Shown in pieces: positions 34,591 to 44,841 of a DNA stretch of 64,000 nt; the stretch's first letter is position 1; each line of letters starts with the position of its first letter. The translations under genes and the position numbers were made by a program. The notes beneath the pieces are model-generated. The model saw only the letters and a program-made list of their open reading frames with translations. It did not search any database and was not told where the DNA came from. The stretch lies in IMG/VR virus record IMGVR_UViG_3300047160_009226, positions 64,001 through 128,000 of that record; one strand, 5' to 3'. Source of the DNA: a virus. Its lineage: Duplodnaviria > Caudoviricetes.

Positions 34591-35611
34591 CAAAATCCCT
34601 CAGCAAAGTCTCACCGGGATCCAAAAACGGGGCCAACTCCTTCCCAAATAGAGCCTGGAAAGCAAACTCCCGACGCTTCTTCAAAGCCTTGTTGAACTGA
34701 TATGCAGACTCCACCTGTTTGAGTTGAGCCAACTCATCATCAGTAAAGCGATATCTCTTCTCAGTACCATCACTGTACTCAACCAGAGCACCCCAGGTCT
34801 GATCATGAATCCGAGCCACTTGCTCGTGGGCTACTTGGTTCACATTCTTGAACTTCCCAGGGGTTGTCACCAGATGATATGTGTCGTTGATCAGGAGAAC
34901 AGACCCAGAAACCACCTTAGTCCACCGCGGCTTCTTGGCCGGCAAAGGAGGAGTATACCCCACACTCTCCCAAATCTCCTCGATCGATACGGAGCCAGAC
35001 GCAATACCAGGACGCAACATGGAGTCAAAGAACCGCATGGGATACTGGCCGAATGGCTCACCAAACTTGCTGTAGTTCGTGATGATCTGAAGCGATGCAC
35101 TGAACAAAGTGCCGTCCTCAAATGACAAATACAGGTTTCCTTCCCAGTGGCCAGTGGCCCTCTCAAACCCACTGAAACGATCCGTGGCTTTCGAGACCTT
35201 GAAATCATCCTTGCGCTCGACAACCGGACCCAACTTACTCAATGTCCGATTGATAAAAGCCGTAAGGACGTTGTCGGCATTACGCTCGGCGATCTTCTGA
35301 ATGATCTCAGTTGCCTGCTCGTGTCGGTGATATGAAAAGGCCGGGCGGTCTTTCCAAATATATTGAATTCGAACACCGTTCGAGTCCATTACCAGTGACT
35401 CTCGCACGCCTTGAGGCGTACCAAAAGAAGAGTTCCGATAGAACTCCTCCAGAGTCTGATTCGGCTGACGTTTTGCCAGAAAGTGAGCAATCTGATGTTC
35501 AATTCGCCCTGAAAAGAGCGTCACAAACGATCGGCGCTCAGGCTCAATCAGAGCCCGAATCTCGGTCTCAAGCTTCTCGACATTGGCTTTGTTCAGTGTT
35601 GTCGTCTGCAT
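34562..35611 (-). CDS. Hypothetical protein
   Basis: GGAGGT SD; downstream of P14; no family recognised. Confidence 0.75.
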   Translation of the reverse strand: MQTTTLNKANVEKLETEIRALIEPERRSFVTLFSGRIEHQIAHFLAKRQPNQTLEEFYRNSSFGTPQGVRESLVMDSNGVRIQYIWKDRPAFSYHRHEQATEIIQKIAERNADNVLTAFINRTLSKLGPVVERKDDFKVSKATDRFSGFERATGHWEGNLYLSFEDGTLFSASLQIITNYSKFGEPFGQYPMRFFDSMLRPGIASGSVSIEEIWESVGYTPPLPAKKPRWTKVVSGSVLLINDTYHLVTTPGKFKNVNQVAHEQVARIHDQTWGALVEYSDGTEKRYRFTDDELAQLKQVESAYQFNKALKKRREFAFQALFGKELAPFLDPGETLLRDFGENGPRVRV

Positions 35612-35632
35612 CACAAACTTAACCTCCTACTT

Positions 35633-35661
35633 ACTATACTATGTCGTCCTCGATTTTTCTC
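35633..35661 (-). promoter_or_regulatory. Phage promoter P14
   Basis: GAGAAA-N17-TATAGT. Confidence 0.8.
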
Positions 35662-35687
35662 AATGTTTCTCAATTTTCTGGTTAAAA

Positions 35688-35978
35688 TCAGACCGTCGCC
35701 TTCACGATAGCGTCGATCGCTCCGTTCTTGCCGCCCATGTTCATGTCATCGGTAGGCACCAAGCCGTTCCGTGGCTCATAGAAAGCACCGAGGAATCGAG
35801 CCGTTAAACCATGTCCCACCCATGCCTTCCAGGGATGGTAATCGGACTTGGTATTCTTATACTTCTCCAGCATGCCGAGGATCGTCTCTCCACGCTTGAC
35901 CAACAACAGCCTTCTCCGCCTCATACTTGGATTGTGCTCAACCAGTGTCAACCCTTTGTGAATCTTCTGCGTCTTCAT
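35688..35978 (-). CDS. Small basic hypothetical protein
   Basis: GGAGG SD; downstream of P15. Confidence 0.7.
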   Translation of the reverse strand: MKTQKIHKGLTLVEHNPSMRRRRLLLVKRGETILGMLEKYKNTKSDYHPWKAWVGHGLTARFLGAFYEPRNGLVPTDDMNMGGKNGAIDAIVKATV

Positions 35979-35997
35979 CAATTTGTCCTCCTAACTT

Positions 35998-36027
35998 ACT
36001 ATACTCTAAGAGTTTCAGATTTTTCTC
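35998..36027 (-). promoter_or_regulatory. Phage promoter P15 (N18 spacer)
   Basis: GAGAAA-N18-TATAGT. Confidence 0.7.
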
Positions 36028-36060
36028 CTGTTTTTTAAGAATCATACGATAATAATACAT

Positions 36061-37149
36061 TCAATCCCCTTCTGAATAAACCAGATCCATAGATTTTACA
36101 GGAGCACTCGGTACCGTAACCTGATAATATTTCACAGTCCCTTCCAGAGTTTGCGTTATATACCTAGAATCTATCCTAACTCTCCAAATATCTCTCATTC
36201 CACCGGAGCCTGCCAAGTCAGACGCTAGTCCCAGTGCATGGTCAAAACTGTTCGTTAGAAAAATATTCACAGGAAGAGTTTGAGCATTCTGGTATGTCTC
36301 TCGATCTGCGGCAGGACGAGCTGTGTAAAGAGTGAGTAACTTAGTTTTCTGAGTACTCCCAGGATTCTTTATCTCATTCACCAAACTGAAATAATCACCT
36401 TGTGACTCCAGATCCGTAAAGAAATCCTCGTCTCCAGCATCTAAAACATCATCTACCTCTGGATTTCCCTCTTCTCTCATAAATAGAGAAAATCCAGGTG
36501 GATAACTTGCTCCTGTTTTCAACTCAACTGTCGCATTCTCAGCTGGCTCGAAATTATACCGATCTCGAAGCATATCCGAGTGATTCGGCTCAGCCACGAT
36601 CACTACAGGATATCCATGCCAAGTTGGAATTCGTGAGATGGCAGCTCGAATCAGTTCTTCGATCTTATCCATGTTCTGAGATGTTTGATTCATGATTTCA
36701 TGGAACTTAGCCTCGGCGGTTTCTGGCAAGTATCTTTGAGAAAGATCCATAATGCTTTCTTGGAAGTCCATCAGTGTAGTTACTGACTCACGTACAGCCA
36801 TATAACGATCCCGACTCTCTTCCCCATGCATAAGCCAATCCCAAAGTTTCTGAATCTCACCTCCTAATGCTTGTGGATTTTTAGCTTCAATCCATTTTAT
36901 AATGAAAGGAAGACGTGAATAACCCCGTAGTTCCTGTTTGATTTTCTCAAGCATTTCCAATGATAACTTAAAATTTAAAGCCTTCTCTTTCTTTTCCACC
37001 ATCCAGTCCTTGAGCGACTCCGCTTCTACTTGCATGGCCTTCTGATAACTTTCCAAAGAAACGAAAATTTCCGGAGATCCCGCTCCGGTAATATCTGCGG
37101 CGAGAACTCTCCGGAAATCCTGAGACAATATGATCATACTAATGCTCAC
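36061..37149 (-). CDS. Hypothetical protein, possible C-terminal ART-like fold
   Basis: LYTARP...IFLTNSFDHA...IWRVRID...YYQV; weak. Confidence 0.4.
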   Translation of the reverse strand: MSISMIILSQDFRRVLAADITGAGSPEIFVSLESYQKAMQVEAESLKDWMVEKKEKALNFKLSLEMLEKIKQELRGYSRLPFIIKWIEAKNPQALGGEIQKLWDWLMHGEESRDRYMAVRESVTTLMDFQESIMDLSQRYLPETAEAKFHEIMNQTSQNMDKIEELIRAAISRIPTWHGYPVVIVAEPNHSDMLRDRYNFEPAENATVELKTGASYPPGFSLFMREEGNPEVDDVLDAGDEDFFTDLESQGDYFSLVNEIKNPGSTQKTKLLTLYTARPAADRETYQNAQTLPVNIFLTNSFDHALGLASDLAGSGGMRDIWRVRIDSRYITQTLEGTVKYYQVTVPSAPVKSMDLVYSEGD

Positions 37150-38045
37150 GAAAATAAAGCATTAATTGATTTTCTCCCATTGATCCTAACCAAGTTTTCA
37201 GGATCCTTCAAGCCCAAATCCAAAGGATCTGGAGATGCCTGAAGAGTGCGAGGTGTCCTGGATGCACCCCTCATTGTGTTTTCAAAATGTTCATTCAACG
37301 TCTCGGCTGTTTCTTGAATTTCGTACCATGGTAATGCCTGTCTCAGCGTCGCAGTCTGCTGTTCCTGCTCCATGTTGTCCCATTCTTCCCTCTGAGCATC
37401 CGAAAGATACTGAGGAAGAACGCTCCGGATTAGATCTCTAATGTCGGGAGTTTCATAATTACTGTCGTCCCAATCCAGCATCATGGCGAAATCGTCACCG
37501 TTTGACTCATAAATATCCCTGATCGCATTTATCAGACCAGTACGCTTAGCTGACTCTCGTGCCACCCTCCCTTTCGACTTAGGAGCCCCCGGATTGACCA
37601 GGGACGTGGTCCCCACCACCTCAGCCTCTTTCCCCCCGAGCCTCTTGGACACCCCCGTATGCCCCGCCCCATCCCGATCATAGATCGTAACCACATCGGC
37701 AGAACCTTGCTGAGCTAATGCTCCTGCTACCTTCTTCGCAATATGTGAATCTAGGTCAGTACTGATTTCTACCGCAGTAACTTTCCCTGGCAATCGGATA
37801 GTGCGTGACGCCTTTACCGGCATCCTAGCCGATCGTAGCCGGCCTACCATCGCATCAGAAACATCCCAGTCCTGTTTCCCCAGCCCCAAACGCAGGAAAT
37901 CCTGAACCGTTGCCGTAATGCGTATCCCTTCACGATTACCGCCGATTTTCACTCGATCATTGCCTTTCGACCTGGCTTGTACCGTCTTGGCTAGTCCGGT
38001 AAATTCCCACGGTAGAAAGACAGCGAGAATGGGTCTGTTATGCAT
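37146..38045 (-). CDS. Hypothetical protein
   Basis: AGGAG SD before ATG 38045. Confidence 0.7.
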   Translation of the reverse strand: MHNRPILAVFLPWEFTGLAKTVQARSKGNDRVKIGGNREGIRITATVQDFLRLGLGKQDWDVSDAMVGRLRSARMPVKASRTIRLPGKVTAVEISTDLDSHIAKKVAGALAQQGSADVVTIYDRDGAGHTGVSKRLGGKEAEVVGTTSLVNPGAPKSKGRVARESAKRTGLINAIRDIYESNGDDFAMMLDWDDSNYETPDIRDLIRSVLPQYLSDAQREEWDNMEQEQQTATLRQALPWYEIQETAETLNEHFENTMRGASRTPRTLQASPDPLDLGLKDPENLVRINGRKSINALFS

Positions 38046-38059
38046 GATTTCTCTCCTGA

Positions 38060-39256
38060 TCAAAGGCTCAACACATTAACCGTTTTAATCTCTGTCGATT
38101 TACCTTCCTCCTGAGTCTTATATCTAAGCGGATCGCCGATCGGATCAAGTGTTCTAATCCTAAGCATGATATCTTTATCTGATCTCTGATAATATTCCCG
38201 AAGTATACTATTATTAATGTAGTTATTCTGATGTACCTTTTGTGCCGGTTTATGATAGTGATGCAATAAAGTGATTCCAGTCACAGGACTCGTTCGATTC
38301 ACGCGTCCAAGCTTAGTTGCCTTCGCATAAAACGCATTATCTTCCCCACCCCATCCAAAGAACCGCTCGTCCATTCCTCCAATTCTTAGATAAAAATTCT
38401 TTTTAACTAAAAGGGATCCACCAACTGCTTGATTGGTAGTCAACGTTGAAGTCGCTTTAAGGTGACAATCAGGATACTTCTTACTTGATTCCTCATCAAG
38501 ATAAAGTATTTTTGCCCACGGTAACGCTATATCCTTTGTTCCCAATACCTTTATAGATTCTTTTACATAGTGTTTAGGCGTCAATAAATCACAGTCATGA
38601 AACAATATCAAATCATCTGGTGCAATCATAGCCCCACAATTAAATGCCCAACTCTTATTAAACATAAGACTTGAGTAAATAAACAAGTAACTGTCTACCA
38701 GTGGTTCTAACTCACACTGATGTACAGGGATTTTATCCTGTTCGACAATTATAATATAACAATCTATCGTTTGATCTCGAAGACACTTAATGCATTTTTT
38801 CAACCCATCCAATCGATTATCTTCCCGCCCTCTAAAAGCCATTACTACAGAAACTCTGTCATATATAGGAAGTATTTCGGGCTCCTTTTTCTTCTCTGCT
38901 AACTCTAACGGCGGCCCTATTTCCTTAACTTTCGACTCTCTTGACTTCACCACTAACTTAGTTAGTGATTTTTTTTCTTTCACTTTTCCTGCTTCTTCAA
39001 CCACCTTCTGAATAACAACAGGTTCTTTTTCATGGATTTCTGGTTCATGCTCAATGACTAATGACTGCCTCTCCTGAGATCCATCATTTGATTTAATCCT
39101 TTTTGGTAATGTTCTTCTGTAGAAAACAGGTACAGGAACTGAAGATCGATCAACCCTCAAAAAAGGAGCCCATGCCAAATCATCATCTAACAAGTAGACT
39201 TGAGTCGATCGCTCCCGACGAGGAGAAGGAAAATGATATGCTTGCCTTCGCGTCAT
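38060..39256 (-). CDS. GT7/GT2-type glycosyltransferase with a Lys/Glu-rich N-terminal linker
   Basis: FNKSWAFNCG, FHDCDLL, GGMDERFFGWGGED. Confidence 0.88.
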   Translation of the reverse strand: MTRRQAYHFPSPRRERSTQVYLLDDDLAWAPFLRVDRSSVPVPVFYRRTLPKRIKSNDGSQERQSLVIEHEPEIHEKEPVVIQKVVEEAGKVKEKKSLTKLVVKSRESKVKEIGPPLELAEKKKEPEILPIYDRVSVVMAFRGREDNRLDGLKKCIKCLRDQTIDCYIIIVEQDKIPVHQCELEPLVDSYLFIYSSLMFNKSWAFNCGAMIAPDDLILFHDCDLLTPKHYVKESIKVLGTKDIALPWAKILYLDEESSKKYPDCHLKATSTLTTNQAVGGSLLVKKNFYLRIGGMDERFFGWGGEDNAFYAKATKLGRVNRTSPVTGITLLHHYHKPAQKVHQNNYINNSILREYYQRSDKDIMLRIRTLDPIGDPLRYKTQEEGKSTEIKTVNVLSL

Positions 39257-40245
39257 TTAGGCATCATAGTAAGGATAAATCTAACCCGCTCCTGCCACCC
39301 TTCGCTCTTGCCTCTTCGAATATCCTGATAAACTTCATTGAGACCTTCCATAATTGTTCGAATCAACACAGGAGAGTATTTCTTTTTAGCGATTTTATAA
39401 TCTTCTAATTGATAGCGATTCAACTTAATTTCTGTAGACACTAATGATTCACTCTCCTCTTCTTCCTCCTCATCATCAATATCTGGCTCCTCTTTATGAT
39501 CGTCATCTTCACCTGTCTGATTAATCCAACAGTATATCTTCTTGAAGATTCCATACCAATTGCTAAGCAATAAAATCGGCTCCAGTTGTTCCATCTCTTC
39601 CAGCAAAATAATAATATTACCGTAAGCAATCGCTCTTAAGGTGCTCCGAAGATCATCTCGCTCACCAGCCGCATAAGTGATCTCTTGCTCTGTGATCTTG
39701 CATGACTTAGAAAGAATGCTTAATGTCAGTACAGCGGATTCTACTTCTTCTGAAGACTTAACTCGAACAGATAGCTCCTTAATCATCTCCTGATCTAAAT
39801 GACATCCATTCGTTTTTAATCTCAGATCAACTAACTTAGCACGCTCCTTCACTCTTTTAGGAAATTTGCACTCCACAAACTGAAAGACAGGTCGAGCTAA
39901 CATCCCTTCCCAAGATGGCTCTTCTCCCTGAAAATTAACCGTCATGTAATTCTTACTGGCTGATATTTTAGCCAGGAACGGTTTCCAAAGCTTGTTATTC
40001 TTAAGCTTGCCATTAACTCGAACATCTATGAACCTGGCTCCCATCAAAGAGCCTTCTTCCCAAAGAGCCACAATCGACCTGACATCCTTCACCTCAAACT
40101 GTTCTCGAACATCCCATAAACCAGTCAGTCTCCCCATCTGCTCAACAATAATATCCTTCAGAACCTGATCATCACCAGTAATGAGGGTGAGTTTAGCATT
40201 CTTCTTAGTATCAGTGGAACGTTCAAAAAATTCACGAAATCTCAC
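39253..40245 (-). CDS. DNA polymerase III delta (HolA)-like clamp-loader subunit
   Basis: LTLITGDD N-terminus, degenerate AAA-like architecture, adjacent to a delta-prime homolog. Confidence 0.55.
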   Translation of the reverse strand: MRFREFFERSTDTKKNAKLTLITGDDQVLKDIIVEQMGRLTGLWDVREQFEVKDVRSIVALWEEGSLMGARFIDVRVNGKLKNNKLWKPFLAKISASKNYMTVNFQGEEPSWEGMLARPVFQFVECKFPKRVKERAKLVDLRLKTNGCHLDQEMIKELSVRVKSSEEVESAVLTLSILSKSCKITEQEITYAAGERDDLRSTLRAIAYGNIIILLEEMEQLEPILLLSNWYGIFKKIYCWINQTGEDDDHKEEPDIDDEEEEEESESLVSTEIKLNRYQLEDYKIAKKKYSPVLIRTIMEGLNEVYQDIRRGKSEGWQERVRFILTMMPK

Positions 40246-40247
40246 AA

Positions 40248-41123
40248 CTAGCCTCTGGTTAGAATAACTTTTGAAATAGCATAAGTCTTAAAAAGTAACG
40301 TAGAAGACAACATTTTATTCATAAAACCACTTTGTGTGGTATTTCTCGCCTCCATTCCTACCAATCCTACTTCTACCCAGAACCGATTTCGATTTAATAC
40401 AGATGCAATCATTTGAATCAGCAAATCCCAGCAGGCAATCTGAGTCGATTCAGATGCTTCCTCCAATCGTGCAGTCCAAATCGCTAGAAAACTTTTTTTA
40501 AAATCTGATCCGATCAATACCGCTGACCAATCTCTATGCCATTCTTGAATCACGAATAGATTAAGATTCTCAGCGACATTCAAGTCTCCACCACACGCTT
40601 TAATTCTTAAATCATTCTCTTCTTTTCCCAGTCTGTTTAACCACCACTTAACTTCACTTTCGTCAGATGGACGAATCTTAAGTTGTAGTGACCTCGACAA
40701 AATAGTTGGTAATACCCTTCTCTCATTAGAAGTAGTAACGATCATTGAAAAATGATCTGGAGGTTCTTCGATAAGCTTAAGTAGAATTGGCATAACCACA
40801 TAATGTGGTCTGTGGATATAAGAAATGATTATAAACCGTCGATCCCAAATCGCAGGACAAGATGTTGCAAACTGTCTTAGATTACGTGCATCTTCAGCAG
40901 TTAGCTCTCTACCATCATATAGAATGAGATCTGGATGGATTCCCTGCCAAACCATCTCCTCAGCTTCTTGTCTTTCCTTGTCTACCGTATATTCCTCCAG
41001 AATCGCCTCGACAGTCCGGACAACTCCTGTCTGCTCAGTTCCACTCAGCAAAAGAACAGGATGTGAAGAAAGGCACTTCCTGATGTGTTCCTTTTCTAAG
41101 TTCTTAAAATATCTAAAATTCAT
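40248..41123 (-). CDS. DNA polymerase III delta-prime (HolB)-like clamp-loader subunit
   Basis: HPDL, LLKLIEEPP, VLPTILSR. Confidence 0.82.
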   Translation of the reverse strand: MNFRYFKNLEKEHIRKCLSSHPVLLLSGTEQTGVVRTVEAILEEYTVDKERQEAEEMVWQGIHPDLILYDGRELTAEDARNLRQFATSCPAIWDRRFIIISYIHRPHYVVMPILLKLIEEPPDHFSMIVTTSNERRVLPTILSRSLQLKIRPSDESEVKWWLNRLGKEENDLRIKACGGDLNVAENLNLFVIQEWHRDWSAVLIGSDFKKSFLAIWTARLEEASESTQIACWDLLIQMIASVLNRNRFWVEVGLVGMEARNTTQSGFMNKMLSSTLLFKTYAISKVILTRG

Positions 41124-41166
41124 ATTAAACCTTTTTGCTTTAATAAAACTTCAATCTATCTAGAAA

Positions 41167-41850
41167 CTAATCTAACACCCCAGAGGCATGGCTCTTGCCA
41201 CCCTTAAACCGAATAGAAGAAACAATAGGATCAATCTTCCTAGCAGGACAATTGTACCACCAACATTGAGGACATTTATTAAGGCGAGGGATCAACTCAA
41301 CTAATCCCCTCTTTTGTTGCATAATATCCTGAGCCCATGAATCGGCCTCTTCCACCTCTTTTGACGTCGGATCAATTGTCTCCTGATCTGGATATCCAGG
41401 ATAGCAGCTAACCACTCTAACTTGACCCACCTCCGTAAAAAATCTGAAAACGTGTTGAACCATCAAAATTTGAAGAAACCTCTCAGCCTCAACTGCCTCC
41501 TCATCTCTGGGATCGTATTTCTTATTGCGAATAACCGTAACAACTCCACCAGTCACACTCGTTGAATCCCAGATCACCTGATGTGCTGTTAACAAGAACT
41601 TCCCAGTAGAAAAAGGAATATGAAGCCAAAAACTCTCTCCGTAAGGAAGTGCCTTGATTCCATTATCAGTACTTTCAATAAACACCCACCTGGAATGAAT
41701 TCCAGTAAAAAGAGCTTCATAGATGCTCTGTAATGGATCATAATCGCGTTCTGGCTTAACTCTATTGGTGTTGTTCTGTTCGTCCATCCACATAAACGGA
41801 CACCAGACTGCATCGAAAACACCCTTATCTGTGATCATGCCATTATGCAT
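41167..41850 (-). CDS. Hypothetical protein, possible degenerate PD-(D/E)xK/Cas4-like fold
   Basis: C-terminal KCPQCWWYNCP cluster; catalytic motifs not clear. Confidence 0.3.
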   Translation of the reverse strand: MHNGMITDKGVFDAVWCPFMWMDEQNNTNRVKPERDYDPLQSIYEALFTGIHSRWVFIESTDNGIKALPYGESFWLHIPFSTGKFLLTAHQVIWDSTSVTGGVVTVIRNKKYDPRDEEAVEAERFLQILMVQHVFRFFTEVGQVRVVSCYPGYPDQETIDPTSKEVEEADSWAQDIMQQKRGLVELIPRLNKCPQCWWYNCPARKIDPIVSSIRFKGGKSHASGVLD

Positions 41851-41991
41851 GATAAACCTCCGTAGTCTGTGTCTACTTGAAAACTAAACTGATCCGTTTG
41901 ATTTTCCCGCTAGGATATCCATCAATGATCTTATTATGAAGAGAAACTAACTCCTGTATATGTGTCTGTATAGAATCTATCCCAGAATACT

Positions 41992-42669
41992 TCAACCTGC
42001 TTGATCTACAATTGAAACCATAGACTCCCTAAACTGACCACAAACTAGCAAATCATCAAGAGTCTCCATTTCATTCACTATGATATCCAGCCAAATCTTT
42101 GGAGAAAGATGGACAATGACATTTTTACCGCCGTAAGATTGCAGGATACTAGCCTCTAGCGGATCGGACTCAATTGCTACGATTGGCCAATTAGGGTTAT
42201 AGATCTTTCCATAGGTCCTTTCAAAAAGGGTCAGTTTTTCAGTCGCCGGAGAAAAAGTCCCATCAGCTGGAAGCTCACTGTTATTCAATAACAAAGGTGT
42301 TCCTAAGAACACCTGAGCTGTATGCCAGATTTCTGTTTTTCTCAAAATGTTAATAATATGGAAGGTTTGCCTTCTTGGTCTAGTAGTCCACAATGAAAAT
42401 AACCATCCTGCTTCTGCCAGTTTATCCAACGCAGGAATAACAGCCATATAACAGTTATCTTCTGTTACATTTAATTCGGAGCGATATGCTACAATATTTT
42501 CGGGATTATAGTGGGCGTTAGCACACCACCTCTCAAATTTACATCTGGCGTCTTTTCCACGAAAATTCATGGCCTTATCACAGAGTGACTTCGTGCAACA
42601 AGGGTGATGTAACTTGTTCTTCGTACCCAACAATGCATCCACATCTATGATCACAAGCTTGTTGTCCAC
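41992..42669 (-). CDS. HAD-superfamily phosphatase-like protein
   Basis: VIIDVDALL DxD motif I, LWTTRP motif II, AIESDP. Confidence 0.55.
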   Translation of the reverse strand: MDNKLVIIDVDALLGTKNKLHHPCCTKSLCDKAMNFRGKDARCKFERWCANAHYNPENIVAYRSELNVTEDNCYMAVIPALDKLAEAGWLFSLWTTRPRRQTFHIINILRKTEIWHTAQVFLGTPLLLNNSELPADGTFSPATEKLTLFERTYGKIYNPNWPIVAIESDPLEASILQSYGGKNVIVHLSPKIWLDIIVNEMETLDDLLVCGQFRESMVSIVDQAG

Positions 42670-42705
42670 TCATATTTCCTTTCTGTGCTCTCTAGTTAAA
42701 AACAA

Positions 42706-44841
42706 TCATGGGGCAAAAATTTCCTGAACTGTTCTCCGCCTGTGTCGCTTCGCCTGTCGCGGATCGAATTTAAAATCACGAAAATCCTTCCCTGTCTTGA
42801 ATTTACTTACATGCTCTCGATACTCCTGATTATACTTTAAAAGTTGTTGTTCATGTCTATGCAACCAGATTTCACACTCCTTAACAATCTGAGGGAACAT
42901 CTGATCGACAATCTTCAACATATCAATCATCTCACTCATTTCTTCTTGAGTGGTCAAATCTGTAGCTGCAAACTGAATCTCCATCATAATAAAATTTGGA
43001 TAATTAATAGATACTTTAACATTAAAAAGATAGGGATTATAAGTTTCTCTCTTCGATGGTGCTGGCTCAAATCCAGGAGAATAACCACCGGTTGATTTTT
43101 GACTGGCAATGATCTTCTTGATCTCATTTTCAACCAACTTCCGAACTTCCACCTCCACTGTTTCAGAGAATTCTTTCACAGAACTAGTCATGTAAGTAGA
43201 AAAAGAATTACTCTGTCCAATATTCGCTTCGGCATAAGCCACCAAATCCCCTTTATCCCAGTTCACCTTGAAATTTTTGAATTGATGGATCTCATTTTCA
43301 ATGTCTACCATGAATTTTCGTACTGGACTTGGAGGAATATGCTCGTTTTCATACAACCAATTCGTAGTAACTTTCTTTATCTGATCATATTTACTGTCAT
43401 AATCTCTAAATACTTCGTTACAAAAAGTGTCATATCCATCAGGATCTCCAGCACATAAATTACACTCAATATTAAAGATAAAATTTACATAATCCCCATA
43501 AATATGGTTTCTGACAGGATCCACGTTAATCTCTCTAAAATAAAAATCTTTATCTGAAAGTGCCTCTCTTAAAGATCCTGCACCAGAACCCATATAAAGT
43601 TCAGAGATCTCACTCCCAAACTGATTCTGAGGGATATATACACGCATGTTACCTGACCAAAAAAACACCACCTCGTCGTCATCTTCCTCCCCATCGTAAT
43701 CAACAGAGCAATATATAAATCGATTGCGCCATGCATCATGTATCTGTCGAATTTCATTACGCCGTCGCTCGTTCTCTGCTTCTTGCCCCTTACCAGGGAC
43801 ACCTGTTGTATTACCTCTATCCAAATGATCTTCAAAAAATCGATTAAATAAGGTACTGTCATCACTATCGGAGTAGTCACCCCCTCTTCTCATAAACTCG
43901 TTCATTCTCCATCGATGTCCACCAGTAGTCTCTGCCTGTGTGATTCTTGCCCAATCTTGTACCTGCTCCTTAAAATCTGAACTCGGATTACCATAGACCT
44001 TTGTTTCTGGAATTGCAAGATCAAAACCGTCTGTTTCGTGAGTAAATCGTCGTAAACGTAATCGACTCAAAGGACGAATACCTGGAACATTCCGATCAGG
44101 ATCTGCAAAAATCTCATTTCTACCAGCGACCTGCTTTGGATTCAAAGACCATAAATCTTTATTCTTTACTAAATAAGCAATAGGTCCGCCATGCTTCATT
44201 TCATTAACACAACTATCCCATTCACCACTTCCAGGAGAGTGACACGACCGAATGTCAGGGTAATCTTCTTCTTCATCTCCTTTAAAGTCACTCATGCGAA
44301 TCACATCAAGAGGATGACGCGATATAATAATGGAATAACCATTCGGATCTCGCTCTCCTTGACTTTGACTCCACCAGTTTAAGTACTTTTTTGAGCCGGG
44401 GAGACGTCCCAGAGCCTTCCCTAAGTTAGTATACTGTACTTTTGATGGCGTACCTGGAGGAGCCTTCTCATGAGGAGGGACAACTTTATAAGCCTCTCCT
44501 TTGACCCAATCGATGCCGTCGAACTTTTTAACGCCCTGAGGATCCGTTAATTCCTCCACTGCCTGCTCTACCTCTTTCTGCATTGGACTTCTTAGAGGAA
44601 TTACAGTTCGATATATATTCTTGCCGAAGATATTCATAAAAGGAATCTTGTAATCAAACTTGCTCATTGCTTGTGAAGCAATATCCTGATCAATTGCTTC
44701 GCGTCGAAATAAATCTCGACTAACTACCAACGTACGTGCAAGACGATTAACTCTGGACACCGAAAGAATCCCTTTTATGAGTTCATTCTCTTCATCATCT
44801 CGATTTTTGATTGTAAGTAAGTTTTTCCATTCACAATCCAT
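42706..44841 (-). CDS. Large hypothetical protein
   Basis: 711-aa ORF; no family recognised. Confidence 0.75.
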   Translation of the reverse strand: MDCEWKNLLTIKNRDDEENELIKGILSVSRVNRLARTLVVSRDLFRREAIDQDIASQAMSKFDYKIPFMNIFGKNIYRTVIPLRSPMQKEVEQAVEELTDPQGVKKFDGIDWVKGEAYKVVPPHEKAPPGTPSKVQYTNLGKALGRLPGSKKYLNWWSQSQGERDPNGYSIIISRHPLDVIRMSDFKGDEEEDYPDIRSCHSPGSGEWDSCVNEMKHGGPIAYLVKNKDLWSLNPKQVAGRNEIFADPDRNVPGIRPLSRLRLRRFTHETDGFDLAIPETKVYGNPSSDFKEQVQDWARITQAETTGGHRWRMNEFMRRGGDYSDSDDSTLFNRFFEDHLDRGNTTGVPGKGQEAENERRRNEIRQIHDAWRNRFIYCSVDYDGEEDDDEVVFFWSGNMRVYIPQNQFGSEISELYMGSGAGSLREALSDKDFYFREINVDPVRNHIYGDYVNFIFNIECNLCAGDPDGYDTFCNEVFRDYDSKYDQIKKVTTNWLYENEHIPPSPVRKFMVDIENEIHQFKNFKVNWDKGDLVAYAEANIGQSNSFSTYMTSSVKEFSETVEVEVRKLVENEIKKIIASQKSTGGYSPGFEPAPSKRETYNPYLFNVKVSINYPNFIMMEIQFAATDLTTQEEMSEMIDMLKIVDQMFPQIVKECEIWLHRHEQQLLKYNQEYREHVSKFKTGKDFRDFKFDPRQAKRHRRRTVQEIFAP

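Noticed and set aside
9630-36027. CRISPR array interpretation of the recurring ACTATACT motif
   Set aside because: Copies are hundreds to thousands of bp apart, precede genes and have -35/-10 geometry; no cas genes.
41167-41850. Cas4 as evidence of a CRISPR system
   Set aside because: Only a C-terminal Cys cluster is visible; no clear catalytic motif, array or other cas genes.
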